A stretch of DNA of 63,999 nucleotides, the filler included, from Asterionella formosa (lineage: Eukaryota), in NCBI GenBank assembly GCA_002256025.1. It is 6 parts of 6 records of this genome, joined end to end, with 100 filler letters (N's around TTAATTAATTAA, not from the genome) between each part and the next. Parts side by side here need not be neighbours in the genome. Positions count along the whole stretch, not along the records: positions 28,375 to 56,610 come from NKIB01001260.1; 5 more parts are not named here. One strand, given 5' to 3'. The position numbers were made by a program, and so were the translations under genes. Below, one piece after another: positions 36,951-48,339 of the stretch (position 1 is the stretch's first letter; each line of letters begins with the position of its first letter). The notes under the pieces were generated by a model. It did not search any database and was not told the DNA's origin. It saw only the letters and a list, made by a program, of their open reading frames with translations.

Positions 36951-37391
36951 GGCGGTGTTGGACTGCTGCTTTGTTGAAGGGGATTTTGTGAACAAAAGAT
37001 GATGTATCTCTTATGTATTTATGTCAAGATTCAGCCAGGAGTAATCATACTGTTATCTGAGCAGAAGGTATGTACCTGGTACCAGGTACCAGTACCGGTG
37101 TTCATACAGGTACATGCTGTTCCATGCAGGTATACAGTACGGTAGTCCACCAGGTACTGATACCAGGTACCAGGTAAAATTGCAATAATCATAATCATTT
37201 ATTTTCATGAGGAAGGAATGATCCTCTCAAGAAATGTAAAGTGCCACTTGGATTGTTTTTACAGGTACTAACTATGCATATGTATAAATAATATTTACAA
37301 TTAATTTAAACGTGATCGTGTACATATCATATAAACATGGTAGTTAGTAAGTATCGTTCCATCAGCGCATAGTTAGTAAACCGGTACCTGT

Positions 37392-37630
37392 GCAAGTTGC
37401 GGTAACTTTGCTGAAACTAAAAGTATAGCTATCTTTATCCGATATTAAATCGCAACTTGCTCTTTAGTTTCATCAAAACTACCGCAACTTGCCGGTACCA
37501 GGTTGTCTCCTTTGCTACATATGCGGGTATATAAAAACCGAGAAAAGGTGGGCAGAAGCAAGCGACTGTTTACGTTTACCAGCAAGTTGCGGTCATTTTG
37601 CTTAAACGAACGAAATGACCGCAACTTGCA
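37392..37630. repeat. Two adjacent inverted-repeat units built on GCAAGTTGCGGT
   Basis: IR1: gcaagttgcggtaactttgctgaaactaaa (37392) / tttagtttcatcaaaactaccgcaacttgc (to 37492). IR2 is a hairpin: gcaagttgcggtcattt (37582) / aaatgaccgcaacttgc (to 37629). Confidence 0.8.
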
Positions 37631-37998
37631 CCTACACTGCCCGGTACTCTGGTGTGTACGACTTACATGAACAGGTAGGGAGGGTACGAGGTACTGACCG
37701 GCGTATTGATGCTCACACATTTTTCAAAGATGTTTGTTTCACCATGACCAAAGTGATCACGGAAAGGCTAGAGGTGATTGTTTCCTTAGACATCGACAAC
37801 GATGAACTTTGTTCCGCCCCAATGGTTCGAGCAGAGACCGTGGCGAAATCTACTTACTGTTCGAATCAATCAGGGATTCGACTGATAGAATGCTCGTTAG
37901 CGTGTTGCAACATCAGTTTTCGTCAATGCAGCGTGTTGCTGCGATGCTCAGTGTTTCCACTTCGCATAAAACAAACAAGGAAAGCTATAAAATAAAAA

Positions 37999-40581
37999 AT
38001 GACTTCCATTTTACCCATCAGCCAAGGCACTGATCTCGAGGTCGAGGTGAACCACAAGTTCGTTCGCAATCGCATCATGTTTTCGCTGGTCGAGCTCGTC
38101 TTTATTGCGCTAGTGTCGGTTCAGACACTAAGGCGTATCTCCCATTCCCTATTCACGATACCTGCTTTGGAAGAAGTGCAGGACAGCTTCAGACGACTTC
38201 AAAACGCCACCAGTCTTTACATCGACGCCTTTTCCAATGCCTCCCAAGACGATGTTGCCCGCCAAAAGGAGGTAGTGATTCCTAATGCAATTCAAATCGA
38301 ACATCATGGAATCGCTCAATCTAGATTTGCCAACAATATATCTCTTAATATCCGAGAACAACATGACATATCCTCCACAATGCTCCTTCAAACTAAGGTA
38401 GACTTTTTACGGAAGTGGTCCAAAGCAGGCCACGACCTTCCATACCTTGAAACGTATTCTCAAGTCGAACGGCGGAAATTTGAATATATATACGGTCTTG
38501 GCAACAATCAAGACAGCTATCAAGCGCCTCTACAGGGGATTTTGTCAGAATCTCAAACTCTAAGAATCTCACTCAAGGGATGGATTCTTTACAATCAAGA
38601 CTACATTGCCAATAAGACACGGGGACTTTCCGATCTCGTGCCCGCAGTGAATGTGTCCTTGGGAAAGACTCTCATCATTGATGATGCTATACGAAAGGCT
38701 GCTTCGGCATCTAGGGAAAAACTCGTGGATACATTTCGTTCGCTTCGGAATCATTATGCGGAACTATACTCAGCTCTTACTGTTCAACTATTGGACACAC
38801 GAGACAGTTTGGATAAAATTGCGGAGGGGTACGATCGATTGGTGGATTTTGCCATTCGGATCTCATCGTTTGCTGCAACTATTCCTATACCAAAAGGAAC
38901 TGCTTTTCCTTCCATTGACTTGGGGGCATTTCCACCTGCGGACTTTTACAAGCCAGAGTTTGGGGGTGTGCCAAGATTGGGGCTCTATCTTGCCGAGTTT
39001 GATAGTTTTCTCCTCACCATCAATACTTCCTTCGATACCTTGGCAGATGAAATTGTGGAGACCCTGTATATCTCTTTAAAGTCCGGGGCAGAGGCGGTCG
39101 TGGACCAGATTGCCAATTTTGCATTGCAGACGGACTATCACCCACCTATGATTCGATTAGGCGATGCCAATTTATCTCCTATCCATGCCGTGGACATTTT
39201 GGACGCTATCGAGACGAATGTTAGTCTCAGCTTCTCTGTTGGCGTTGAAATCGAAGCACCCGATTTGTTTGTTCATATACCCACCTTCGAAATTCCTACA
39301 CTTGACGTTGCTGACCAAACGGTGGCATCTATCCAATCGGTTGTGGATTTCTTCGTCATCAAAGTCCCATCACTTGACATTCCCATGCCTCAATGGCTTA
39401 GATCCTTTGTTACAGTGCTAATTTCGCTCTGGGGCATGTCCGGCTTTGCAATTCTGTTTGCATTTCGGGCCGGCCGTCAAATTCACAATTACTGGGATGG
39501 AAGTGCAATTCGAACACCAATTGTTGACATGAGAACCAAGTCAGAACAGAATCTTGAAAATGCACGATCCGCAAAGACGTCGACAATATTGTTTTTCCTT
39601 CGGACGGCACTTCGGGAGGACATTTGGGGAATGACACAGTACGCCGTGATTGCCGTGTTTGCCTTTGCACTCGTCACACTTGTCTATTTCTATGAAACGG
39701 CGGAGTTTCGACCCTACTGCGTTGCGTCTAATCAGGGTACAACCATTGGTCGATATACGATTGCACCCCTTTTTTATAATGGAGCCTTGAGAGATTCTCA
39801 AACGGAAGTATGGCGCCACAATACGGGTCTTCAGGCTTTTGCGCAGCAGCAATGCCAGGTCGAAGCCAGGGAATCGGAAGATTCCTTGAGGGAACAATTG
39901 AAGCAATTGGCAACGATTCAGCAGTCGGCGGCTATTACGGACCAATATAACGATCTTATCTATGAGGCTTTGGATTTTAACGCTCTTTGTGTTGCCATTG
40001 AAATGAAATGTGGAGGTAAGGTGGTCTTTGAGGAGTGCCCACGAGGTGACGATGGTTTAGTGGTTGTTTCACCTTGCCGATTCCTTCCTCAATCACCATT
40101 ATCGATGGAAGTCGTCACAACAACTTTGGACGCAAGGCTTTTTAACTGCAGTCAGATCCCCACGTCATTTTTGGAGGTAAGTTCTGCTCATTTGATGGAT
40201 CACTTGAATGTTGCTGATTCGACATGCCTACTGGAGTGGTATGCCTTGTACCGATTCTGGCAGTGGGCATTCATCCTATTCAGTTGGAACATTATTCAAT
40301 ACGCAATTCGACCCCTTTTTGTTTGCGGCCTACAGGTAATCTTGCGTCATCACCTTGGACGAGAAGAGTTTCGCATTAACGCGACGAGTTTTGTCACTGG
40401 TGCCTTTTCCCAGCCGGAATACGATGACATTAAGGCACGAGGAGAAGCCATTGCAGGAACGTTGTTTTGGTTGAAACTGTTTGGTTATGGCAAGTTTCTT
40501 GTTGGCGTAAGTTTGCTGGCCGGGTGGTTCTATCTGATATCTGCTGCCGGCCACTATCAAGCTATGCCAATGAGTTTGTAA
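37999..40581 (+). CDS. Uncharacterised multi-pass membrane glycoprotein (860 aa, about 5 TM, two large loops)
   Basis: Long uninterrupted ORF. Hydrophobic segments near aa 27-43, 468-488, 545-563, 752-780 and 828-850. Several NxS/T sites in loop 1 and a Cys-rich loop 2. Confidence 0.8.
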   Translation: MTSILPISQGTDLEVEVNHKFVRNRIMFSLVELVFIALVSVQTLRRISHSLFTIPALEEVQDSFRRLQNATSLYIDAFSNASQDDVARQKEVVIPNAIQIEHHGIAQSRFANNISLNIREQHDISSTMLLQTKVDFLRKWSKAGHDLPYLETYSQVERRKFEYIYGLGNNQDSYQAPLQGILSESQTLRISLKGWILYNQDYIANKTRGLSDLVPAVNVSLGKTLIIDDAIRKAASASREKLVDTFRSLRNHYAELYSALTVQLLDTRDSLDKIAEGYDRLVDFAIRISSFAATIPIPKGTAFPSIDLGAFPPADFYKPEFGGVPRLGLYLAEFDSFLLTINTSFDTLADEIVETLYISLKSGAEAVVDQIANFALQTDYHPPMIRLGDANLSPIHAVDILDAIETNVSLSFSVGVEIEAPDLFVHIPTFEIPTLDVADQTVASIQSVVDFFVIKVPSLDIPMPQWLRSFVTVLISLWGMSGFAILFAFRAGRQIHNYWDGSAIRTPIVDMRTKSEQNLENARSAKTSTILFFLRTALREDIWGMTQYAVIAVFAFALVTLVYFYETAEFRPYCVASNQGTTIGRYTIAPLFYNGALRDSQTEVWRHNTGLQAFAQQQCQVEARESEDSLREQLKQLATIQQSAAITDQYNDLIYEALDFNALCVAIEMKCGGKVVFEECPRGDDGLVVVSPCRFLPQSPLSMEVVTTTLDARLFNCSQIPTSFLEVSSAHLMDHLNVADSTCLLEWYALYRFWQWAFILFSWNIIQYAIRPLFVCGLQVILRHHLGREEFRINATSFVTGAFSQPEYDDIKARGEAIAGTLFWLKLFGYGKFLVGVSLLAGWFYLISAAGHYQAMPMSL

Positions 40582-40679
40582 TTTGTAGCATAACTTTTTT
40601 GTAGGTGTAAATTGAAATTCATTACCACTTTAAAATAAGGGAATGACTTCACCTACCAGTATCTCCAACTGTGACAACT

Positions 40680-41237
40680 CTATGTATCGCAATTTTCAAA
40701 ATCTTGAATTGTCTCCTGATCCAGCCTTGTATTTTGGGCGACACGAGTCACACGCCTAATGACAATGTCCTTACGGGCAAGCCAGCGCTTGATCCGTTTT
40801 TCAAGTGCCTTCAGCGACACATTTTCGTTCCCAGGTTGCCTCTTAAGCTCAACACTGAGCATCCTGGTGGTGCAGGCCCTATCTTGAAGCCGCAACTGGT
40901 CCAAAAGAGTCTTCAATCCTTCGAAATCAGCAGCACTTTTTGGAGAGCGGCCCGGGTGAGCGATTTTTTTCATCAACACCTGCCTCTGAATCACACCTTC
41001 TTCCTGCAGAGGAATCTCCGCCACCTCCGCCGGAACCACAACCATTGCACCATCCAGCATGGACTTCCAGCTCCGGATCTGCTTTGGCTGAACCAAATAT
41101 GCTCTGGCGGTTGCCTTGATATTGTTGGGCTTGCTGTATGCTTCCGCAACAATATTTTTCTTTTGCCTGATGCAGAGATATTTTTTCGTTGTCATGCTGA
41201 TGATTCCGTAGAAAATGATTTGGTTGGCGAACATCAA
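40680..41237 (-). mobile_element. Truncated pogo-like transposase N-terminus (HTH + CENP-B-like DNA-binding domains)
   Basis: 'QKKNIVAEAY...NIKATARAYLVQPKQIRSWK...RIKRWLARKDIVIRRVTRVAQ' ends before the DDE domain. Confidence 0.7.
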
Positions 41238-42154
41238 TTTCTATCACGATTAGGTTTGTAGAACCTACACAATTTATTACATTGTAGAATCAGGTACAAA
41301 TTGTATACACTCTAGAAATTTCTGAATAAGTCATGACGAAATTCGGGCGCGCCAGTGCTCCAAAAATAGAAATTCAATTGATCCTAGAAGCCGATTGAAC
41401 CTAAAACAATATATCTTTTAATGTTGCTATTTATGTTTTAGACTACCGGTATGGAGAAAACGGTGATGAAGTTGGTTTTTTCATAAAGTTTGACAATCAA
41501 AAAAGTTCCAATGTCTTGTACTCCCCTCTAAGTAAAATCAGTCGTGGCTGTGTAAATTGAGGGGTATGAGACACCAGGTTTTACGGTAGTGTCAAGGGAC
41601 TGTACCGGTAGCTACTACGATATGACGACACTCTGGGATTCAAGGAGACCGACTCTATCATGTGAATGGTCGAATTAGTATGCCTGTCCTATAATAGTTT
41701 ATTTGCTTGTCTGTTTGTATTTTTGGTTCTTTGCTTTGGAGTTTCACCACAATTGCTGGCATTTGGCACATTGTAATTGGCTGTACATATATGTACAATG
41801 CAACTATGTAGGCATCCCGGCTTGAATCCTTTCTTTACATGTAAGAATTTTTGCAAAAATGTGAAAATATATTGTACACACACAGTTTACATACACAGTG
41901 CGTATACATATTATTACCATGTAGTTGAAAGATTATGGATTTTTCTACATATTTTACCGGTCGTAGGTACCAGGTACCTGGTACCAGGTACTAGCGGTAG
42001 TCTAGGGCTAGTTACCTACCTGGTATTGGGTAGTAGGATTAGAAGTAGCAATCATATCCATATTCTTTGTTGAAAGGTCTCGTACTCCTTCCCGTCTGAC
42101 GGGTTCCTCTTACGTAGAACTTACCTGCTATACCACTAGTATTGTTATCTTCTT

Positions 42155-42600
42155 TCTGCTGCTAGCCTTCGTGCTAGTTTTCGCTATTGACCTTACTCTG
42201 TCAATTCTCACTGTTTCTTAATTATAAGATTAAACTAAAACTAAGTTTCAATCCCATTCATCACACTTCGAGAACCTGTTCTTCGTGTTCCCTTTTCGTT
42301 GATGTAAACCTTCTTCTGATTGATCTAAGACATTAATCTCGTTAGCGAGCTTCTTGACATGGGAACGCACCATTTGACTCATTGGACTATAGTTGAGTCC
42401 ACAGTCCTTGTGACTCATTATAGCCATTGATGCTATATTCTTGACAATTCTTATGGTACATGGCTGTAAAGCAAAATGTTCCGTTTTGCTTCGCACAGAC
42501 AGAGCACCTTTTGTCACGAATCGCAGTGCTGAACACTGCCGATGATCCATGCTGTGATCCAAACGGGGAGAATCGAGAACTATTATTCTTATTGGCGAGC
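42155..42600 (-). mobile_element. Second diverged copy of the element end found at 16362-16560
   Basis: Shared blocks tgctagcctt..tagtt.tcgct.ttgacctt..tctg.caattctcactgtttctt and ttcaatcccattcat.acactt.ga.aacctgttctt.gtgtt. Confidence 0.7.
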
Positions 42601-42633
42601 CAAGTCAATATTATCTAGCGTTACCAAAACGAC

Positions 42634-43731
42634 ATGGGTTTACTGTTCGGAAGGGCCATCCCTCCTCTGATGCTATTGCTGTCGATTTTCCGCGCAGAAG
42701 CACTGGACTTCCTTCGACTGTGCAGGATTCAAAGCCCCATTGAGGCCATTGCATTGGACGAAGCGACTGGGCAATACGTTATTCTCGACTACAATCGAAC
42801 GCACATCAGCAACGACACTGGTCCAACGAGCGCACCAACAGCTACTCGGCGACTGTTACGACATCCAGATAGCAGTGTCTTTCCGGCACTCACAGTCGAC
42901 ACGTCCAGAGCGACAATGCAAAGCAACAACAGTTCGTCCAGCAGTACCGGCATTCAAGTTAGAGAATGCTTTTGCGGAAACTCCGGCGCTGCAGATGTTT
43001 ACTACTGTCCCGTCGACAAGGATACGTGCGGCATTCAACAACAGAACGGGAGAATGGGATGTTTCGCTCAATCCACGCAAACTATTTTCATTCGAAATGC
43101 CTGGCCAGTCGTTGTGATATGGATTGCTGCTCTGATACTGTGCCTTTTGTTTTCGCGGCACGGAAGAAATTCTCGATATTTTTGTTGGAGCCGACTCTGT
43201 GACAGCTCAGTGAATGACAGGATCGTTGACGGCTTGCTTCAGTCAGCCTCCATTGCGGCGGTAGAATTGGCATATCGAAGGAGGGCGGCATTACGACAAT
43301 ACGAAGCAGACAGGCGCTCGCGGACTCCCTATGGACTTGCGTTGAGAACAAAGTTATTTCACGTGGGACCACAGCAAGAGGGAACTAATGTTGACGAAGA
43401 ATTCACATGCTCCATATGCTTCAATGCACTTCACGAAGGTGATCGAATTGGCGCACTAGCTTGCAATCATAAATTCCATGTCGAATGTCTCAAAGGATGG
43501 TTGACTCGACGCAATGTATGTCCACTGTGTCAGACTCCAGATGTGGCGTCACCGAGATATCGGGAGACAGATGATGTAGGTGATTTTGTCGTACTGACGA
43601 CAGCTATGGAAGCAACACCGGAACCTTCTGCCCGTCTTCAACAGAGCACCATCATAAACTTGGAACTACCAGATCAAACGCAAATAGGACCACGAGACCG
43701 ATTTCGAGGACTAGTGCTTCTGCGAAGATAA
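42634..43731 (+). CDS. Type I transmembrane RING-H2 E3 ubiquitin ligase, paralog 1 (365 aa)
   Basis: Signal peptide (...RAEA|), Cys-rich ectodomain, one TM, and RING-H2 CSIC...CNHKFHVEC...W...CPLC. Confidence 0.9.
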   Translation: MGLLFGRAIPPLMLLLSIFRAEALDFLRLCRIQSPIEAIALDEATGQYVILDYNRTHISNDTGPTSAPTATRRLLRHPDSSVFPALTVDTSRATMQSNNSSSSSTGIQVRECFCGNSGAADVYYCPVDKDTCGIQQQNGRMGCFAQSTQTIFIRNAWPVVVIWIAALILCLLFSRHGRNSRYFCWSRLCDSSVNDRIVDGLLQSASIAAVELAYRRRAALRQYEADRRSRTPYGLALRTKLFHVGPQQEGTNVDEEFTCSICFNALHEGDRIGALACNHKFHVECLKGWLTRRNVCPLCQTPDVASPRYRETDDVGDFVVLTTAMEATPEPSARLQQSTIINLELPDQTQIGPRDRFRGLVLLRR

Positions 43732-44511
43732 GTTTCTAGAATTTTTCGCATGATTTCAAAGAGGGAGTGCAATCAATACCTAGCTTGAACCACATTCGTT
43801 TTGTTGACTTCACATGGTATATCGCACCTCCCATGCAGCCTACATTTATTGATTTGATTGACACGGACACTCACTCTCCTTGTAGTGGAGTGCACCATAA
43901 ACTTATTAAAAGACATACACACAAGCTCTGCGTCCTCAAAAGGCATCCAAGATCCCAGTCCTTTTCTTTTCGATGCTGTTTTTCCTATGAAAAGTAGAAA
44001 ATCTAAGTCATGAACTACTCTTATATGAAAACATGACCAATAAAGTGTCGATTGGCGGAGAGCTAAGTATATGCACATACTGGCATATGTATGTATAGTA
44101 AGTCCTAGGCTCGCGGACACAAGATACCTGGTACTAGCAGGTACCAGGTACTGGAACTAGTACCTGGCACGGTACCAGGGACATTGAGAGACAACGATTA
44201 ATCATTCTATATATTGATATACCCTTATATGTATACATGTAGACGGAATCATGTAGTATGGCAAATTATGCATCCGAATAGAAAACTACCGTTGGCATGG
44301 TATCTAGGCCATCATTCTCTGCAAGAAAATGAAGGCAGGCAGGTGATTTCTTCTTTGCTTCGCTTCTCTGTCCTCGAATTTCCATCTTGCTTGTTGCTTC
44401 ATGTCGTCCATCGTTCCCCAGTTCACACCAGCGCGTCGCGTCGCATTATTCAAGAAGGCGCGCTGAGACATATATACATCACTCGAGTGAGCATCGTTGT
44501 CGAGTGATCCA

Positions 44512-45762
44512 ATGATTAGAATAGAAGTCATCGCACTCCTACTGAGCCTGACTCTATCGAGAATATCTGCAAGATTTTGCAAGCTTGATCATCAGCCTGT
44601 CGTTACAGCTCGATTCAATGATATCTCTGGCTCCTACGAGCGAATTGAAAATGTTCGGAACATAAGGCTACTCTGGGGTGTCGGAAGAAGTCAAACGGAT
44701 CGCCTGCAGCGTCAGAACGAGGCCTACCCCATAATTTATGCCAGGGCCTGCTTCTGCGCAGAATTCCTCGACCAAGTTATCGATTACTGCCCTGTGCAAT
44801 TCAACAAATGCTCGCTTGTCATTGGCGCGCCTTCTCAATGCTTCTCTACTCAAAGGGAAGTTTCCTTTATTCGTGGGCTGGTTCCATTTATGATTGCTTG
44901 GTATGTCGCTGGCACCTATGTGTTGGTTGGTACCGAGTGGGGCCGAAGCGTACGAGCGTATGTTTCTCGCAAACTTCGGAGTTGGCAACATCGCGATCTG
45001 GAAATTTTGGAAGAGCAGACGGCACAGCTGCAGAGTCGAAACCCTGATCGAGCGAACAGGCTGTTCTGGCGAGGGTTTCAACGACAGAGGCGCACGCGTC
45101 TGCAACAGATTCGGCGGGAGGAGAGAGAGTATGGTGAACATAACCGAATCGTACCGGTTGCACCCTCAAACGATATGAGGACCGACATGATGACATATCA
45201 AGAGGAGGTGCTAGATCCAACACAACTGGCAATCAGAAGGACGAGAATGCAAGCGCCAACGGCTAGACCAACACAGTTAAAACTCAGGACCAAAACTTAT
45301 GTCCTCGCAAATGAATGGAAGGATAGTGGCAAAGGGGAGCCTCGCGAATCTTCCGATTCGGAAACTTCTGGATGCGTAGCGGGTAACACTCTCCTTGCTT
45401 TTCGGAGTGAAAAGGAAGATGGTATTGAAATGGAACGAGGATCGCTATGTGCCATTTGTTTAGACCGGTTGGTGGTAGGTGATCGAGTTGGGGATCTCAT
45501 GTGCCAGCACATGTTTCATGTGGATTGCCTCAAGGTTTGGCTGAAACGCAAAAACCAATGCCCGTTGTGCAATACACAAAATGTGGCAGCTCCGAGCTTT
45601 GACATACCTGTACTGATGGAAGCGGCATCACCTGTTTCCAATGCTAGATATCAATCAGGCGATGGGGGTGAAACCCAGTCGCTGGCTGCTGAGGTCTCAG
45701 AATCTCAAGACAGCACAAACGGTGCAAGTCAAGATCATACCCCAAGCGATGATGCTGTCTGA
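44512..45762 (+). CDS. Type I transmembrane RING-H2 E3 ubiquitin ligase, paralog 2 (416 aa)
   Basis: ATG at 44512. Signal peptide, the same Cys-rich ectodomain, TM, and RING-H2 CAIC...CQHMFHVDC...W...CPLC. Confidence 0.9.
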   Translation: MIRIEVIALLLSLTLSRISARFCKLDHQPVVTARFNDISGSYERIENVRNIRLLWGVGRSQTDRLQRQNEAYPIIYARACFCAEFLDQVIDYCPVQFNKCSLVIGAPSQCFSTQREVSFIRGLVPFMIAWYVAGTYVLVGTEWGRSVRAYVSRKLRSWQHRDLEILEEQTAQLQSRNPDRANRLFWRGFQRQRRTRLQQIRREEREYGEHNRIVPVAPSNDMRTDMMTYQEEVLDPTQLAIRRTRMQAPTARPTQLKLRTKTYVLANEWKDSGKGEPRESSDSETSGCVAGNTLLAFRSEKEDGIEMERGSLCAICLDRLVVGDRVGDLMCQHMFHVDCLKVWLKRKNQCPLCNTQNVAAPSFDIPVLMEAASPVSNARYQSGDGGETQSLAAEVSESQDSTNGASQDHTPSDDAV

Positions 45763-46208
45763 AGAATGGTATTAAATCCCCGATTCTTCAATAATACCCT
45801 TTACACATGGCCAACAATGGCCGCGGCACTTGATGACGGTGATATCTTTCAACAGATATACTTCGCTAACTAAATCACTGCCAATTTGCACTAATTCATT
45901 TCATGTTTTTGCTTTTTCAATCTCAATCTCAAATTGCCAACCATGCCTTTTGGTCTTGGATCTCTCTGTATCACGGGTAGCAAATTGAAACTACATTAAA
46001 TGCAAATGTCTTTTCAGTATGAATTCAAAGCGTCTGTGTAATCCGTGAGAATTCTGGCTGCATCTCTAATGTATTGAAATTGTTTATCAAGGTTATTAAT
46101 TGAGCGAAAACCGCAACATCAAACAAGAACTAACTTTTGCATGTACCAAAAATCTAACAAATAATCCTTCCCGTCAAGATTCTGCAAACCAATTCTGATT
46201 CGGATCTG

Positions 46209-47399
46209 CTATGGATCTGGTCCGGCAGGCTCATTAATCTCGCTTGCTTCCGAGTCCTCGAGCGTGCGATCAACAACTACTTCTCCATATCTCGGCAAGG
46301 CAATATTTGTAGTCAAACACAAAGGACAGGCATTGCGCCTTTTTATCCAATCCTTTATGCATTCTTTATGGAACATATGGCTGCAGGGCAAATCGCCTAC
46401 AATGTCACCATGGAGTATTTCGGCGAAGCAGATACAACAGACATTATCAAAGTCGCCACCATTGTCATCCGATTGATCTCCATACTCTTCGCCGTGAAAG
46501 GCGCGAGTCTTGAGAGCAAGCGAAGTGGGATATCTCCGTTCAACGTTGTGCTCTTGCTGAGTAAGGACATCCATATGCTCCTCTGTGGATGGTTCATTAT
46601 TTTGACCATCACGTGCCGCCAATTCTTGGCGCCTCCTTCTGCTGGCCCTCTGTAGCAGTAATTTGGTTCGTTTTGGGTCGAATTGTTGAATACGTCGGAC
46701 AACAATGTTGTTCCACTCTGGCCAGCAAGATGTGATTATGTAATCAAAGAATGCGCGACCATATGTTGTGCACAGCAAAAGCACAAAAATGGAAAAATAA
46801 ATCATAAAAATGAAATTCCAGGAGGTCCTGGCAAACTTGAGGGCGGTATCTTCGACGTAGCAGGTAGGAACCAGGTTATTACTCAAACTGGCTAGAAGGC
46901 AAATGATGTCGGAAATAGGGTCAGCACACACTGTGTAATGAGATGAAAATTGAAGGCATAACTTACGATTGGGAACGGAGCAGTATGTCGCCGGAGCTAG
47001 ACAAAACATTTTGGGGCTGTTGTTGGAATCACAAACGCATTGTCGAGCCTGGGCAACCAGCCAAGTCGAAATATCCTCGCTTCCTAGTGCCTGTCGCGGG
47101 ATGATAGCTTTGACGGCAGTGTCGTCGAGAAAATCTGGTGGTTCTTTCATGCTTAAATTTTCATAAAGGCCTCGCACTCCATGATTCGTAAAAACAAATG
47201 AAGAATCGATAGGATTAACTGCAACATTTAAAGCATTTCTGTCAAGAGCGCAGCTAACTTTGAAGTAACGTTTCCTATTACCCGCTTCAGTTCCTGTTTG
47301 ACCTTTAACAGTCGCTCCATACGAATAGCTTTGCGATGATGTCTGTCCACTGGCGCTGGACATTGTCAGGTATAGGAAGGACCCCCCGATGAACAACAT
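46209..47399 (-). CDS. Type I transmembrane RING-H2 E3 ubiquitin ligase, paralog 3; probable 75-nt in-frame intron
   Basis: ATG at 47399. Probable intron 46966-46892 (GTAAGT...TTCTAG). RING-H2 CCIC...CSHMFHKEC...W...CPLC. Confidence 0.88.
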   Translation of the reverse strand: MLFIGGSFLYLTMSSASGQTSSQSYSYGATVKGQTGTEAGNRKRYFKVSCALDRNALNVAVNPIDSSFVFTNHGVRGLYENLSMKEPPDFLDDTAVKAIIPRQALGSEDISTWLVAQARQCVCDSNNSPKMFCLAPATYCSVPNRKLCLQFSSHYTVCADPISDIICLLASLSNNLVPTCYVEDTALKFARTSWNFIFMIYFSIFVLLLCTTYGRAFFDYIITSCWPEWNNIVVRRIQQFDPKRTKLLLQRASRRRRQELAARDGQNNEPSTEEHMDVLTQQEHNVERRYPTSLALKTRAFHGEEYGDQSDDNGGDFDNVCCICFAEILHGDIVGDLPCSHMFHKECIKDWIKRRNACPLCLTTNIALPRYGEVVVDRTLEDSEASEINEPAGPDP

Positions 47400-48149
47400 T
47401 CCAGATGTCCACACGAACGAGTTCGCGAAGGATTCTCTCGCTCAAATCTCGGCCCTATTATGGAGGGTACGATTAAGATGATGTCGTTGCTGAGAGTGGA
47501 GATAGTGAAGTTGCCAGCCAATCTTGTCCAAGCAAACAACAAGAGGCTGTGGCCTATTTTGTCCGACAAAGTGATAATAACTCGGTTTCAGCAGAAGCTC
47601 CGTCAAATCAGTCCCCCCAAATCCTTCTGCGAATGCTGACGAAGCAAAATCGTATCTTTCTTAGCTAGCCTAATTTAAGTAGCTATGCATACGCTTTCTT
47701 CACATGTGTTCAGTCATCATACCGGCATTACATACACACAGGTACGGGTACATTGATACATATAAATACCTGATACCATACCGGTACCAGGACGAGTAAC
47801 AGTGCCTTGTACCAGGTACCCGGAACCTGGTACCCTGGTACTCTTATTACCGGTAATGGTACCTGGTAACCTACCTGGTACCTGATACCGTTGTACATTA
47901 TAACATGAGTGGGTCAATTACCGGTATGAGTTTCTCCTTGTTACTGGTAGCTGTTGTGGTTCTCTTATATGCTTGTAGCATGATGTATACTGTGTAGCTA
48001 AAGTGGTGCTTAGATGTGGATTCATTTGATGGTGTGCTTTAAATATACATTTACCCTCCAAGGTGAGAGAGGGCTTACCAGCTTCTTACCGGTAGTTCCC
48101 TCTGTTTATATTTGGGTGCATTGACAAATTGATCAAGTATAAATATATT

Positions 48150-48226
48150 TATATTATTTTGTTGTGATAAAATTATAAAAATTATACAGACATGATCTAA
48201 TATTTTTTATTATCAGAGCATGCCCT
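48150..48226. mobile_element. Solo TIR of the GGGCGCGCTCTGATAATAA family
   Basis: acatgatctaatattttttattatcagagcatgccc matches the TIR at 57018/58129. Confidence 0.6.
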
Positions 48227-48339
48227 GTAGGAGCTCATTATCTTTATTGTACTGGCAGCATCAAGCATCCAACAGTAGAAGCGCTGGCTAACCTGGTCAT
48301 TTCCATGCGGGAAAGGATCAAGGAAAGTAACCCTTTTAC

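Noticed and set aside
40671..41261. 196-aa plus-strand ORF
   Set aside because: It is antisense to the pogo transposase fragment.
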